A DNA stretch of 64,000 bases from an uncultured Gemmatimonadales bacterium. GTDB taxonomy: Bacteria; Gemmatimonadota; Gemmatimonadetes; Gemmatimonadales; GWC2-71-9. Positions within the stretch are counted from its first letter, which is position 1; every line of letters starts with the position of its first letter. The notes under the pieces were generated by a model. The model saw nothing but the letters and a program-made list of their open reading frames with translations, was not told where the DNA came from and did not search any database. The stretch covers positions 1 through 64,000 of the forward strand of contig CAWHFW010000003.1 in assembly GCA_963828735.1 (NCBI GenBank), given 5' to 3'. The translations under genes and the position numbers were made by a program. This document shows, in pieces, positions 32,857 through 41,100 of this stretch.

Positions 32857-34173
32857 GTGGACGAAACGCACGATCCCTCCCGCACCTCCTGGGTAGAGTC
32901 GGCTCAGGGCCACCCTGATTTCCCGATCCAGAACCTCCCCTTCGGGATCTTTCACCGGCGCGACGACAAGGACGACCCCTCCCCGGCCCGCGTCGGCATG
33001 GCGATCGGGAACTTCGTCCTCGACCTGACCGCCTGCCATGACGAAGGCTGGTTCACCGGAGCGGCCGACGCGGCGGGCGCGGCGCTCGCCCAACCCGCGC
33101 TCAACGCCCTGCTCCGCCTCGGCCCGGGCACGTGGGCCGAGCTGCGCCGGCAGGCGAGCGCGATCCTCGCGGCCGACTCGCCCGCCTACCGCGCCAACCG
33201 GCGGGTCGGCGACCACATCCTCGTCCCCATGGCCGACGCCGAGGTGCTGCTGCCGGTCGCGGCGGGGGATTACACCGACTTCTACGCGTCGGTGCACCAC
33301 GCCACCAACGTCGGCAGCATGTTCAGGCCCGACAATCCGCTGCTCCCGAACTACAAGTGGGTGCCGATCGGTTACCACGGCCGCGCGTCGTCTCTCGTGC
33401 CGAGCGGCACGCCGGTGCGGAGGCCGAGCGGACAGATCAAGGACGCCAAGGCCGACGCGCCGGTCTTTGGACCGTCGCGCTCGCTGGACTACGAGATGGA
33501 GGTCGGGTTCGTGGTGGGGACGGGCAATGCTCTCGGCACGCCGGTGCCGGTGGCGGAGGCGGAGTCGCATCTGTTCGGCCTCTGTCTCGTGAACGACTGG
33601 TCCGCCCGCGACGTGCAGAGCTGGGAATACCAGCCCCTCGGACCATTCCTCGCCAAGAATTTCGCGACCACGGTATCGCCCTGGGTCATCACGCTGGAGG
33701 CCCTCGCGCCGTTCCGCTCGCCGGCCGCGGCGCGCCCGGCCGGCGACCCGGCCCCGCTACCCTATCTCACCGCGCCCGATGATCGGACGCGCGGCGCGTT
33801 CGACGTTACGGTCGAGGTCTGGCTCAGCTCGGCCCGCATGCGATCGGAGCACGTCGGCCCGCTCCGCGTGAGCCGCGGCCGCGTCGCCGACCTCTACTGG
33901 ACTCCGGCGCAGATGCTCGCCCACCACGCGAGCAACGGCTGCAACCTCGAGCCCGGCGACCTGTTCGCGAGCGGCACCATCTCCGGTCCGGACCGCGAGA
34001 ACCGTGGCTGCCTGCTCGAGCTCACCTGGCGCGGCGCCGAGCCGCTCACGCTGCCGACCGGCGAGACCCGCGCGTTCCTGGAGGACGGCGACGAGGTGAT
34101 CATGCGCGGCTACGCCGAGCGCGAGGGCGCCGTGAGGATCGGGTTTGGGGAGTGCCGGGGGCTGGTGGAATAG
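32857..34173 (+). CDS. fahA: Fumarylacetoacetase
   Basis: DFPIQNLPFGIF, GDYTDFY, PIGYHGRASS, LDYEME, NDWSARD, QSWEYQPLGPF, SGTISG and FLEDGD. Confidence 0.95.
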   Translation: MDETHDPSRTSWVESAQGHPDFPIQNLPFGIFHRRDDKDDPSPARVGMAIGNFVLDLTACHDEGWFTGAADAAGAALAQPALNALLRLGPGTWAELRRQASAILAADSPAYRANRRVGDHILVPMADAEVLLPVAAGDYTDFYASVHHATNVGSMFRPDNPLLPNYKWVPIGYHGRASSLVPSGTPVRRPSGQIKDAKADAPVFGPSRSLDYEMEVGFVVGTGNALGTPVPVAEAESHLFGLCLVNDWSARDVQSWEYQPLGPFLAKNFATTVSPWVITLEALAPFRSPAAARPAGDPAPLPYLTAPDDRTRGAFDVTVEVWLSSARMRSEHVGPLRVSRGRVADLYWTPAQMLAHHASNGCNLEPGDLFASGTISGPDRENRGCLLELTWRGAEPLTLPTGETRAFLEDGDEVIMRGYAEREGAVRIGFGECRGLVE

Positions 34174-34250
34174 CTCGGGCGGTCGGCCAGGCGGGACGAT
34201 GTGATGGTAACGACCGCAGACTATCGCCTAGGCCGCGGTAAGCGGTGCCC

Positions 34251-34377
34251 GGGCGCAGGCGGGAGCGGGGCTCGCAGAGGGAGCCTCAGGGCGCACTCAA
34301 CCCCCTGCGCGATCCCACCCCCAGAGCGCCCTGCAGCGACCGGCGCGAGCCCCGCCCCCGTCGGAGCCGCGCACCCC
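34251..34377 (-). repeat. Structured 3'-UTR repeat, copy 4 (14 nt after lipoprotein stop)
   Basis: Same core; outer stem GGCGGGAGCGGGGCTCGC/GCGAGCCCCGCCCCCGTC. Confidence 0.9.
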
Positions 34378-34391
34378 GACCCACCAGAGCA

Positions 34392-34787
34392 TTACTTCGC
34401 CGCGACGATCCGCTCGAGCACCTTCCGCGCATAGTCCTTGTCCCACTCCGCCAAATTCTTGCGCGCGTACACCTCCACCTTCGTGGTCGCCGTGTCCTGA
34501 CGCTCCATGTGCACGGTCACGTCGAGATCGTCACGCTTTCCCTTGAGATCCCGCTTCGCCCCACCGTCCTCGGTGCTGGACCCCTCCTGGCTGATTCCCA
34601 TGTCCTTCATCACCGACTCCGCGTTCGCCACCACTCGATCGATCGGCACCGCCACCAGGGACTCCACCCCGCGGCTCGTGGCGTAGATCGCGCCCGCCGC
34701 GCCCGCCGCGGCGGCGGCCACACATCCCGTCGCCGCCATCATCACCGCCACCGCCAACACGGCCTGCCGCCAGGACTTGCCTCGCAT
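34392..34787 (-). CDS. DUF3568-like lipoprotein
   Basis: RBS GGAGGAG; ATGC lipobox followed by VAAAAAGAAGA and a small alpha/beta domain. Confidence 0.75.
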   Translation of the reverse strand: MRGKSWRQAVLAVAVMMAATGCVAAAAAGAAGAIYATSRGVESLVAVPIDRVVANAESVMKDMGISQEGSSTEDGGAKRDLKGKRDDLDVTVHMERQDTATTKVEVYARKNLAEWDKDYARKVLERIVAAK

Positions 34788-34885
34788 CTCTCCTCCTTCA
34801 TGTTGGCGCCACGGGCGGCGGCCGCGACTTCCCCGGCCCTCCGCCACATGGCATATTTTGGAATACTTCTTTGGAGACCGCACCC

Positions 34886-36008
34886 GTGGCCACGTTCCTC
34901 AAGACCACCGAGATCTCGATCGACGGTGCCCGCACCCTGCCCCGGCCATTCTATACCTCGCCTGAGATCTTCAGCGAGGAGCTGGAACACATTTTCCTGA
35001 AGCGCTGGCTCTGCGTCGGGCGCGAGGACCGGCTCACCAACCCCGGCGACTATTTCGTCCAGGAGATCGGCAAGGAGAGCGTGATCGTCCTCAAGGAGCG
35101 CGAGGGCGGCTACCGGGCGTACTACAACGTCTGCCGCCATCGGGGTACCCGGCTTTGCGAGGAGCACACCGGAAACCTGGGCGGCACCATCCAGTGTCCC
35201 TACCACGCCTGGACCTACGGCCTCGATGGCCACCTCATCGGCGCCCCCTCGACCCAGGAGATCGAAAACTTCGACAAGGCCGACTGGCCGCTCTTTTCCG
35301 TCGCGCTCGCGACCTGGGAAGGCTTCCTCTTCATCAACCTCGCCGAGAAGCCGGAGCCGTTCGACCGAGGCCTGGGCGCCGCTCGTGGGCCGGTTCGCCC
35401 GCTTCAACCTTTCGAACCTCAAGGTCGCCCGCACCATCGAGTACGACGTGAAATCGAACTGGAAGCTGTTGTTCCAGAACTATTCGGAGTGCTACCACTG
35501 CGGCCCGGTGCACCCGGCGCTTTCCAAACTCACGCCCCCGACCAGCGGCGAGAACGACCTGACGGAGGGACCGTTCACCGGCGGCTTCATGGTGATGACG
35601 CGCGGCGCCGAAAGCATGACGATGAGCGGGCGCTCGTGCGGCGTCACGGTGGGCGACCTGCCCGACGAGGACATGAACCGGGTCTACTACTACGCCATTT
35701 TCCCGAACCTGCTGCTGAGCCTGCACCCCGACTACGTGATGTTCCATACCGTCTGGCCCCAGGGTACGGACCGCACGCTCATCAGCTGCTCCTGGCTCTT
35801 CCATCCCGCCACCCTCGGCGACCCGACGTTCAATCCTGGCGACGGGGTCGAGTTCTGGGACATGACCAACAGGCAGGACTGGCACATCTGCGAGCAGAGC
35901 CAGCTCGGAGTCCAGTCGCGCGCGTATCAGCCGGGGCCCTACTCGAAGCGGGAGAGCCTGTCGGTCCAGTTCGACCGCGAGGTGTTGCGGAGTCTCGGGC
36001 GGGAGTAA
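34886..36008 (+). CDS. Rieske non-heme iron oxygenase alpha subunit (frameshift near 35370)
   Basis: NVCRHRG...CPYHAW Rieske site; NYSECYHCGPVH mononuclear Fe site; QDWHICE. Confidence 0.92.
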
Positions 36009-36026
36009 GGGCTGGATTGATCTGGG

Positions 36027-36059
36027 ACGAGGGACGTGCCGTGAGGTGCGTCCCTCGTT
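36027..36059 (+). terminator. Hairpin / probable terminator after the Rieske gene
   Basis: ACGAGGGACG-TGCC-GTGA-GGTG-CGTCCCTCGT followed by TGCTTTGTT. Confidence 0.5.
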
Positions 36060-36079
36060 GCTTTGTTGAGCTCCGGTGT

Positions 36080-36183
36080 GGGCCGGCGGGGCTCGCGCCG
36101 GTCGCTGCAGGGCGCTCCGGCAGGGGAGATCACGCAGGGGGGTGAGTGCGCCCTGACGCTCCCTTTGCGAGCCCCGCCGGCCC
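36080..36183 (+). repeat. Structured 3'-UTR repeat, copy 5 (short subtype, 71 nt after Rieske stop)
   Basis: Same core; stem GGGCCGGCGGGGCTCGC/GCGAGCCCCGCCGGCCC; tail GGCCACGTAGC shared with copy 7. Confidence 0.9.
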
Positions 36184-36338
36184 GGGCCACGTAGCACGAC
36201 GAGAGATCGTCGGTAGCCGGCGAAATGCCCGTGCCTCCATGGGGAGCGCGCGCTGAGCGCGCGGGCAGCGCCGCGCGTTGGCAGGAGCAGGCAGCAGCCT
36301 TGGAACGGATGGTCTGGCGCGGCTGGGATCGGAGCTCC

Positions 36339-36466
36339 GGGCGCAGGCGGGGGCGACGCTCGCAGAGGGAGCGTCAGGGCGCACTCCAACCCTTGCGCGA
36401 TCCCACCCCCCGGAGCGCCCTGCAGCGACCGGCGCGAGCGTCGCCCCCGCCGGAGCCGCGCACCCC
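36339..36466 (-). repeat. Structured 3'-UTR repeat, copy 6 (7 nt after solA stop)
   Basis: Same core; perfect stem GGCGGGGGCGACGCTCGC/GCGAGCGTCGCCCCCGCC. Confidence 0.9.
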
Positions 36467-36473
36467 GACCCCG

Positions 36474-37643
36474 TCAGACCATGTAGTTCACCGGCGGATT
36501 CTCGAGCTGCAGGATCGCGCGGTCGATGCGAAACGGCTCGATGTTGTGCTCGGTGCGCCCGTCGATCGCGAGCTCGGACAGGATCCGCCCGATCAGCGAC
36601 GCGAACTTGTAGCCGTGCCCTCCTCCCACGCCCACGACCACGTTGGGATCGGACGGCAGTCGGTCGACCACGAAGTCGCGGTCGGGCGTCAGGGTGTACA
36701 GGCAGGTCTTGGTGTAGATGATCGGGCCGAGCGCCTTCGGGATGTACTTCCGGAGGAACTCCATCGTGCGCTCGAGCGCCGCCTGGTCCGGCTCGAAGCT
36801 CCGCGTGACGGGATCCGTCTCGAGGCCGCCGGCGTCCTGCCCCACCTTGGGACCGGCCTCGCCGAAGACGGGGAACCCGTAGAAGCACGGGTCGTCCATC
36901 CAGATCCAGACCGGGAACCGCCCAGGCTCGAACTGGGCCGCGTGCGGCGTCGCGAAGTAGGTGACCTGCTCCTTGGTGACCCGGAGCGGCAGCCGCATGC
37001 CGACATGCGTGAGGGCGCCGTTGGACCAGGCCCCCGCCGCGACGACCAGGCGGCGACAGCGATACACCGCGCCCCCGGCCGCGACCTCGATCTCCCCGTT
37101 CACGGACCTGATCCGCTCGACCGGCGAGCGGTCCACCAGCGTCGCCCCGTGCTCCCGCGCCATCCGAGCGTGCGCCGCGTTGCCGCGGGCGGCCATCGCG
37201 ATCCCGCTGTCCGGCTGGAACAGGCCCTGGATATCGTCGGTCACCTCCAGCACCGGCCAGCGCCGGCGGATCTCCGCCGCGTCGAGGTGCTCGTAGGCGA
37301 CCCCCGCCGCGTCCATGCTGCCGCTGTAGTTGGTGAGCGGGATAGCGCTCTCGCGCGGGGCGAAGTCGAGCCCTCCGGTCTTGAGCACGAGCTGCTCGCC
37401 CGAGTCCTTCTCGATCTCGGCCCAGGCGCGGTACGCGTGCTTGGCGAGCTCGACGTAGCCGGGCGTGTGATACGAAAGCCGGATGATGCGCGAGTGGTCC
37501 TGCGACTCGCCGCGCACGTGCCCCAGCTCGAACTGCTCGAGCCCGAGCACGTCGGCGCCCGCTCGGCGCGAGAGCCAGTAGGCCGCCGCACTGCCCCAGC
37601 CACCGAGGCCGAGGACGATGTACTCGTAGTCACGCCGGCTCAC
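36474..37643 (-). CDS. solA: N-methyl-L-tryptophan oxidase / monomeric sarcosine oxidase family
   Basis: IVLGLGGWGSAA, SQDHSRIIRLSY, TCLYTLTPDRDF (flavin-linking Cys position) and GHGYKFA. Confidence 0.88.
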   Translation of the reverse strand: MSRRDYEYIVLGLGGWGSAAAYWLSRRAGADVLGLEQFELGHVRGESQDHSRIIRLSYHTPGYVELAKHAYRAWAEIEKDSGEQLVLKTGGLDFAPRESAIPLTNYSGSMDAAGVAYEHLDAAEIRRRWPVLEVTDDIQGLFQPDSGIAMAARGNAAHARMAREHGATLVDRSPVERIRSVNGEIEVAAGGAVYRCRRLVVAAGAWSNGALTHVGMRLPLRVTKEQVTYFATPHAAQFEPGRFPVWIWMDDPCFYGFPVFGEAGPKVGQDAGGLETDPVTRSFEPDQAALERTMEFLRKYIPKALGPIIYTKTCLYTLTPDRDFVVDRLPSDPNVVVGVGGGHGYKFASLIGRILSELAIDGRTEHNIEPFRIDRAILQLENPPVNYMV

Positions 37644-38743
37644 GTCGTACCGCGGTCCATGCGCTCCCCGATGTACCGGCGAATGTCCAGGCTCCAGCTT
37701 TCCATCGGCGCGTAGTAGCCGCGCTGGAACACCCGCGACGACATCCCGCGCTGCACCGACTCGCAGATCGCCCAGTCCTGGCGGTTGACCAGGTCCCAGA
37801 ACTCCACGACGTCGGCCGGCGCGAAGTCGGGCTTCGCGATCTCGGAGGGGTGGAAGAGGAACTCGTTCACGATGGTCGTCCGGTCGGGGCCGTCTGGCCG
37901 GACGTAGAACGCGGCCACGTGCTCAGCGCTGAGGCTCAGCATCAGGGTGGGGTAGACGAGCTCGCCCTTGTGCCGGATGCGCTCGTCCTCGCTCAGGCCC
38001 TCGAATGGAAGCCGGTTGGTCGTGCCGGTGGCCGTGAAGGTCCAGGCGCCGTCGCGATGGGGGATGCCGCGCTCCCAATCCAGCTCGGAGCCGCCGCGCT
38101 GCTTGAACGCGGGCACGAGGCGGCAGAGCTCGGGATGCACCGGCCCGCAGTGGTAGCACTCGTTGTAGTTCTCGAGCACCACCTTCCAGTTGGCGTGGAT
38201 CTCGTACTCGATCCGGTGCGCCACGCGAAGCTCGGCGAGCGGGTAGCGGGCGAGCCGCTCGGGCACGGCGTCCAGCTGCGTCGCGAGGGTGTGACCGCGG
38301 CGCTCGGCGTCGGCGGGCGTGAGGTGGACGAAGACGAAGCCGCCCCACGTGTCGACGCCGACGGGATGGAGCGACAGCTGGCCGCGAGCGAGCCCGTCGG
38401 ACTCCTCGAGGAACGGCGCGGTGCGGAGCTCGCCTTCGAGCGTATAGGTCCAGGAGTGGTAGGGGCAGCGGATGCCGCCGGCGAACGTGCCCGTGCCGCA
38501 GTCCGGTACCAGCTGCGACCCGCGATGGCGGCAGACGTTGTAGTGCGCCGCAAGACGGCCAGCGCGCGTCCGCACGAGGAGGATGCTCTCGCCCGCGACG
38601 TTCTTCACGGCGTAGTCGCCCGGCGAGGCCAGCTCCTCCTCGCGCCCGACGACGAACCACTCGCGCCAGAAGATCCGTTCCTGCTCATGCGCGAACACCT
38701 CGGGCGACAGATACGACTCGCGGGGCAGCGTGCGCTCGAGCAC
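37640..38743 (-). CDS. Second Rieske oxygenase alpha subunit
   Basis: NVCRHRG...CPYHSW, ENYNECYHCGPVH and QDWAICE; stop overlaps the solA start. Confidence 0.92.
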   Translation of the reverse strand: MLERTLPRESYLSPEVFAHEQERIFWREWFVVGREEELASPGDYAVKNVAGESILLVRTRAGRLAAHYNVCRHRGSQLVPDCGTGTFAGGIRCPYHSWTYTLEGELRTAPFLEESDGLARGQLSLHPVGVDTWGGFVFVHLTPADAERRGHTLATQLDAVPERLARYPLAELRVAHRIEYEIHANWKVVLENYNECYHCGPVHPELCRLVPAFKQRGGSELDWERGIPHRDGAWTFTATGTTNRLPFEGLSEDERIRHKGELVYPTLMLSLSAEHVAAFYVRPDGPDRTTIVNEFLFHPSEIAKPDFAPADVVEFWDLVNRQDWAICESVQRGMSSRVFQRGYYAPMESWSLDIRRYIGERMDRGTT

Positions 38744-38744
38744 C

Positions 38745-39074
38745 TCAGGCCTCCCCGCCCTCGGGTCCGTAGAAGAACACCCACACGGCGAGATCGTCGC
38801 TGAACTCCTCGAACCGGTGCTCGACACCGGCCGCGACGAACAGCACGTCGCCCCGCTCGAACGAATGGCGCTCCGCGCCGTTCCGAAACGTCCCGCTGCC
38901 CTCGATCACAACGTACACTTCGTCCCGCGTATGCGGCGTCTGCGGGTCCGTGCCCCGCGGCGCGTACAGCTCGACACTCAGGGTGCCATGCCGGAACAGC
39001 TCGACGAACCGCTCCCCCTCCGGTCCCGGCAAGCGCGCGAGCCCCTGTGCGACCGTCAGGTAGTTCTCAGGCAT
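38745..39074 (-). CDS. Cupin domain protein
   Basis: QTPHTRDEVYVV...FVAAGVEHRF cupin motifs. Confidence 0.9.
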   Translation of the reverse strand: MPENYLTVAQGLARLPGPEGERFVELFRHGTLSVELYAPRGTDPQTPHTRDEVYVVIEGSGTFRNGAERHSFERGDVLFVAAGVEHRFEEFSDDLAVWVFFYGPEGGEA

Positions 39075-39205
39075 ATCCCCCCAGGATCTCCCGTGCCGCA
39101 GTTCGGCGTCTACACCAGGTCGCTGCCGCACCGTCAGCCCGCGCCACGCACCAGCGCGCGAGCCCAACCCGACCTCCGAGCATCCCGGCCTGGCTACGTG
39201 GCCCC

Positions 39206-39308
39206 GGGCCGGCGGGGCTCGCAGAGGGAGCGTCAGGGCGCGCTCACCCCCTTGCGCGATCCCACCCGCCGAGCGCCCTGCAGCGACCGGCGCGAGCCCC
39301 GCCGGCCC
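39206..39308 (-). repeat. Structured 3'-UTR repeat, copy 7 (short subtype, 16 nt after FAD oxidoreductase stop)
   Basis: Same core; lies between two co-directional genes. Confidence 0.9.
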
Positions 39309-39324
39309 CCCAGCGGAGCCTGGC

Positions 39325-40918
39325 CTACGCTCGCAGGTCGCGCACGATCTCGCGGGCCGCGTTGTAGCCGCACGCACCCATCACCCCACCCCCCGGATGC
39401 GTCGCCGCCCCGCACAGATAGAGCCCGCGCACCGGCGTCCGGTAGTCCGCGTACCCCGGCACCGGCCGCATGAACGACAGGCTGCTGAGCGACATCACCC
39501 CCTGCATGATGTTCCCGCCGGTGAGCCCGAACCGCTGCTCCAGGTCCACCGGCGACAGGATCTGCCGCGCGATGACCGAGCGCTTGAAGTTCGGCGCGAA
39601 CTGGCTCATCAGGTCGAAGCACCGGTCCGCGTACTTCTCCTTCTCGGCCTCGAGCGACAGGCCGGGCGCGAGCTTGTACGGGAAGTACTGGGTGAACATC
39701 GACATCACGTACTGGCCGCGCGGCGCGAGCGTATCGTCCAGCACCGACGGGATCGTGGCCTCGATGATCGGCTGCGCCGACGGCCGGCCGTACTTGGCGT
39801 CGTCGTAGGCGCGCTCGATGTACTCCATCGTCGGCGAGATGTGGATCGTGCCCCGATGCTGCGGGCCCGGCGCGGTGCCGGGCACGGACGTGAAGTCCGG
39901 CAGCTCGCTCAGCGCGACGTTGATCTTGCAGCTCGCGCTCGCGTAGTCGATGTTGCGCACCGCCTCCACGAACTCCGCCGGCAGATCGCCGTTCTGCATC
40001 AGCTTGAGGAAGGTGACGTTCGCGTCCACGCCCGACGCGACCCGCTGGCGCGCGGATCTCGGTCCCGTCGGCCAGCGCCACGCCCTGCACGACGCCGTTC
40101 TTGACCAGGATCCGCGCCACCTCGGCGTTGGTCCGGATCTCGGCGCCGCGCTCCCGCGCCGCGGCCGCGATCGCGTTGCTGACGCCGCCCATGCCGCCGC
40201 GCACGTAGCCCCAGACGCCCCGCACCCCGTTGCACTCGCCCATGACGTGATGGAACAGCACGTAGGCCGTCCCCGGCATCGACGGGGACGCCATCGCGCC
40301 GATGATCGCGTCGGTCGCCAGCGTCACCTTGAGCTGCTCGCTCTCGAACCAGCGGTCCAGGATCGGCGTGGCCGCGCCGGTCAGGATCTCGATCGCCTTC
40401 TGCCCTTCGGTCCCCAGGCGCACGAAGGCGAGGCCCAGCTTCGCGAGCTGCGCCAGGTTGCCCGGGCGGAATGACCACGGGTTGGGCGGCGTCATGACGA
40501 GCGTCGGCTCGAGGAAATCGGCCACGCGCTCGAGCATCGCCTCGTACCTCGGCAGCGCCTCGGCGTCCTTGGTGGAGAACTTCGAGATCTCGCGATGCGT
40601 CTGCGCCTTGTCCGGGCCGAGCATGAGCGAGCGGCCATCGGGGAACGGGGTGAACGAGGAGGGACTCCGCGGCAGCATCTCGAAGCCGTGCCGCGCGAGC
40701 TCGAGATCGCGGATGATCTCGGGCCGGAGCAGGCTGTTCACGTACGCGGCGGTCGAGACCTTGAAGCCGGGCCACACTTCCTCGGTGACGCACGCGCCGC
40801 CGAGCACGTCGCGACGCTCGAGGACGATCGTCTTGAGGCCCGCGCGGGCGGCGTAGGCCGCGGTCACGAGCCCGTTGTGGCCACCGCCGATGATGATGAG
40901 ATCGTAGGAAACGGACAT
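39325..40918 (-). CDS. Phytoene-dehydrogenase-family FAD oxidoreductase (PYROXD2-like); frameshift near 40050
   Basis: IIGGGHNGLVTA, LERRDVLGGA, GYVRGGMG and LYLCGAATHPGGGVMG. Confidence 0.9.
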
Positions 40919-41014
40919 GAGATTCGCGGGGGTTGAGGTGGCGAATCTTACCCGCGAGGGGAAGGGGGTGGAAGGGGAAAAGCGAAGCGGGGAGCGGAAA
41001 CGGTGAGCGGGAAA

Positions 41015-41096
41015 CGGTGAGCGGTGAGCGGTAAGCGGGAACAGCTCACCGAAGTAGTCTGGTGTGCTCTTCCCGCTCACTGCTCACCGCTCACCG
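41015..41096. repeat. 36-bp-arm inverted repeat built from CGGTGAG heptamers
   Basis: Arms 41015-41050 and 41061-41096 match at 32/36 positions around a 10-nt loop; immediately after the TonB receptor stop. Confidence 0.8.
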
Positions 41097-41100
41097 CCTC

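Noticed and set aside
37640..39074. Cupin-Rieske fusion or N-terminally extended Rieske protein
   Set aside because: The cupin stops at 38745 and the Rieske GTG follows at 38743 behind a GGGAGG RBS.
39325..40918. Carotenoid biosynthesis (crtI)
   Set aside because: No crtB, crtE or crtY nearby; sequence and context fit the PYROXD2-like subgroup.
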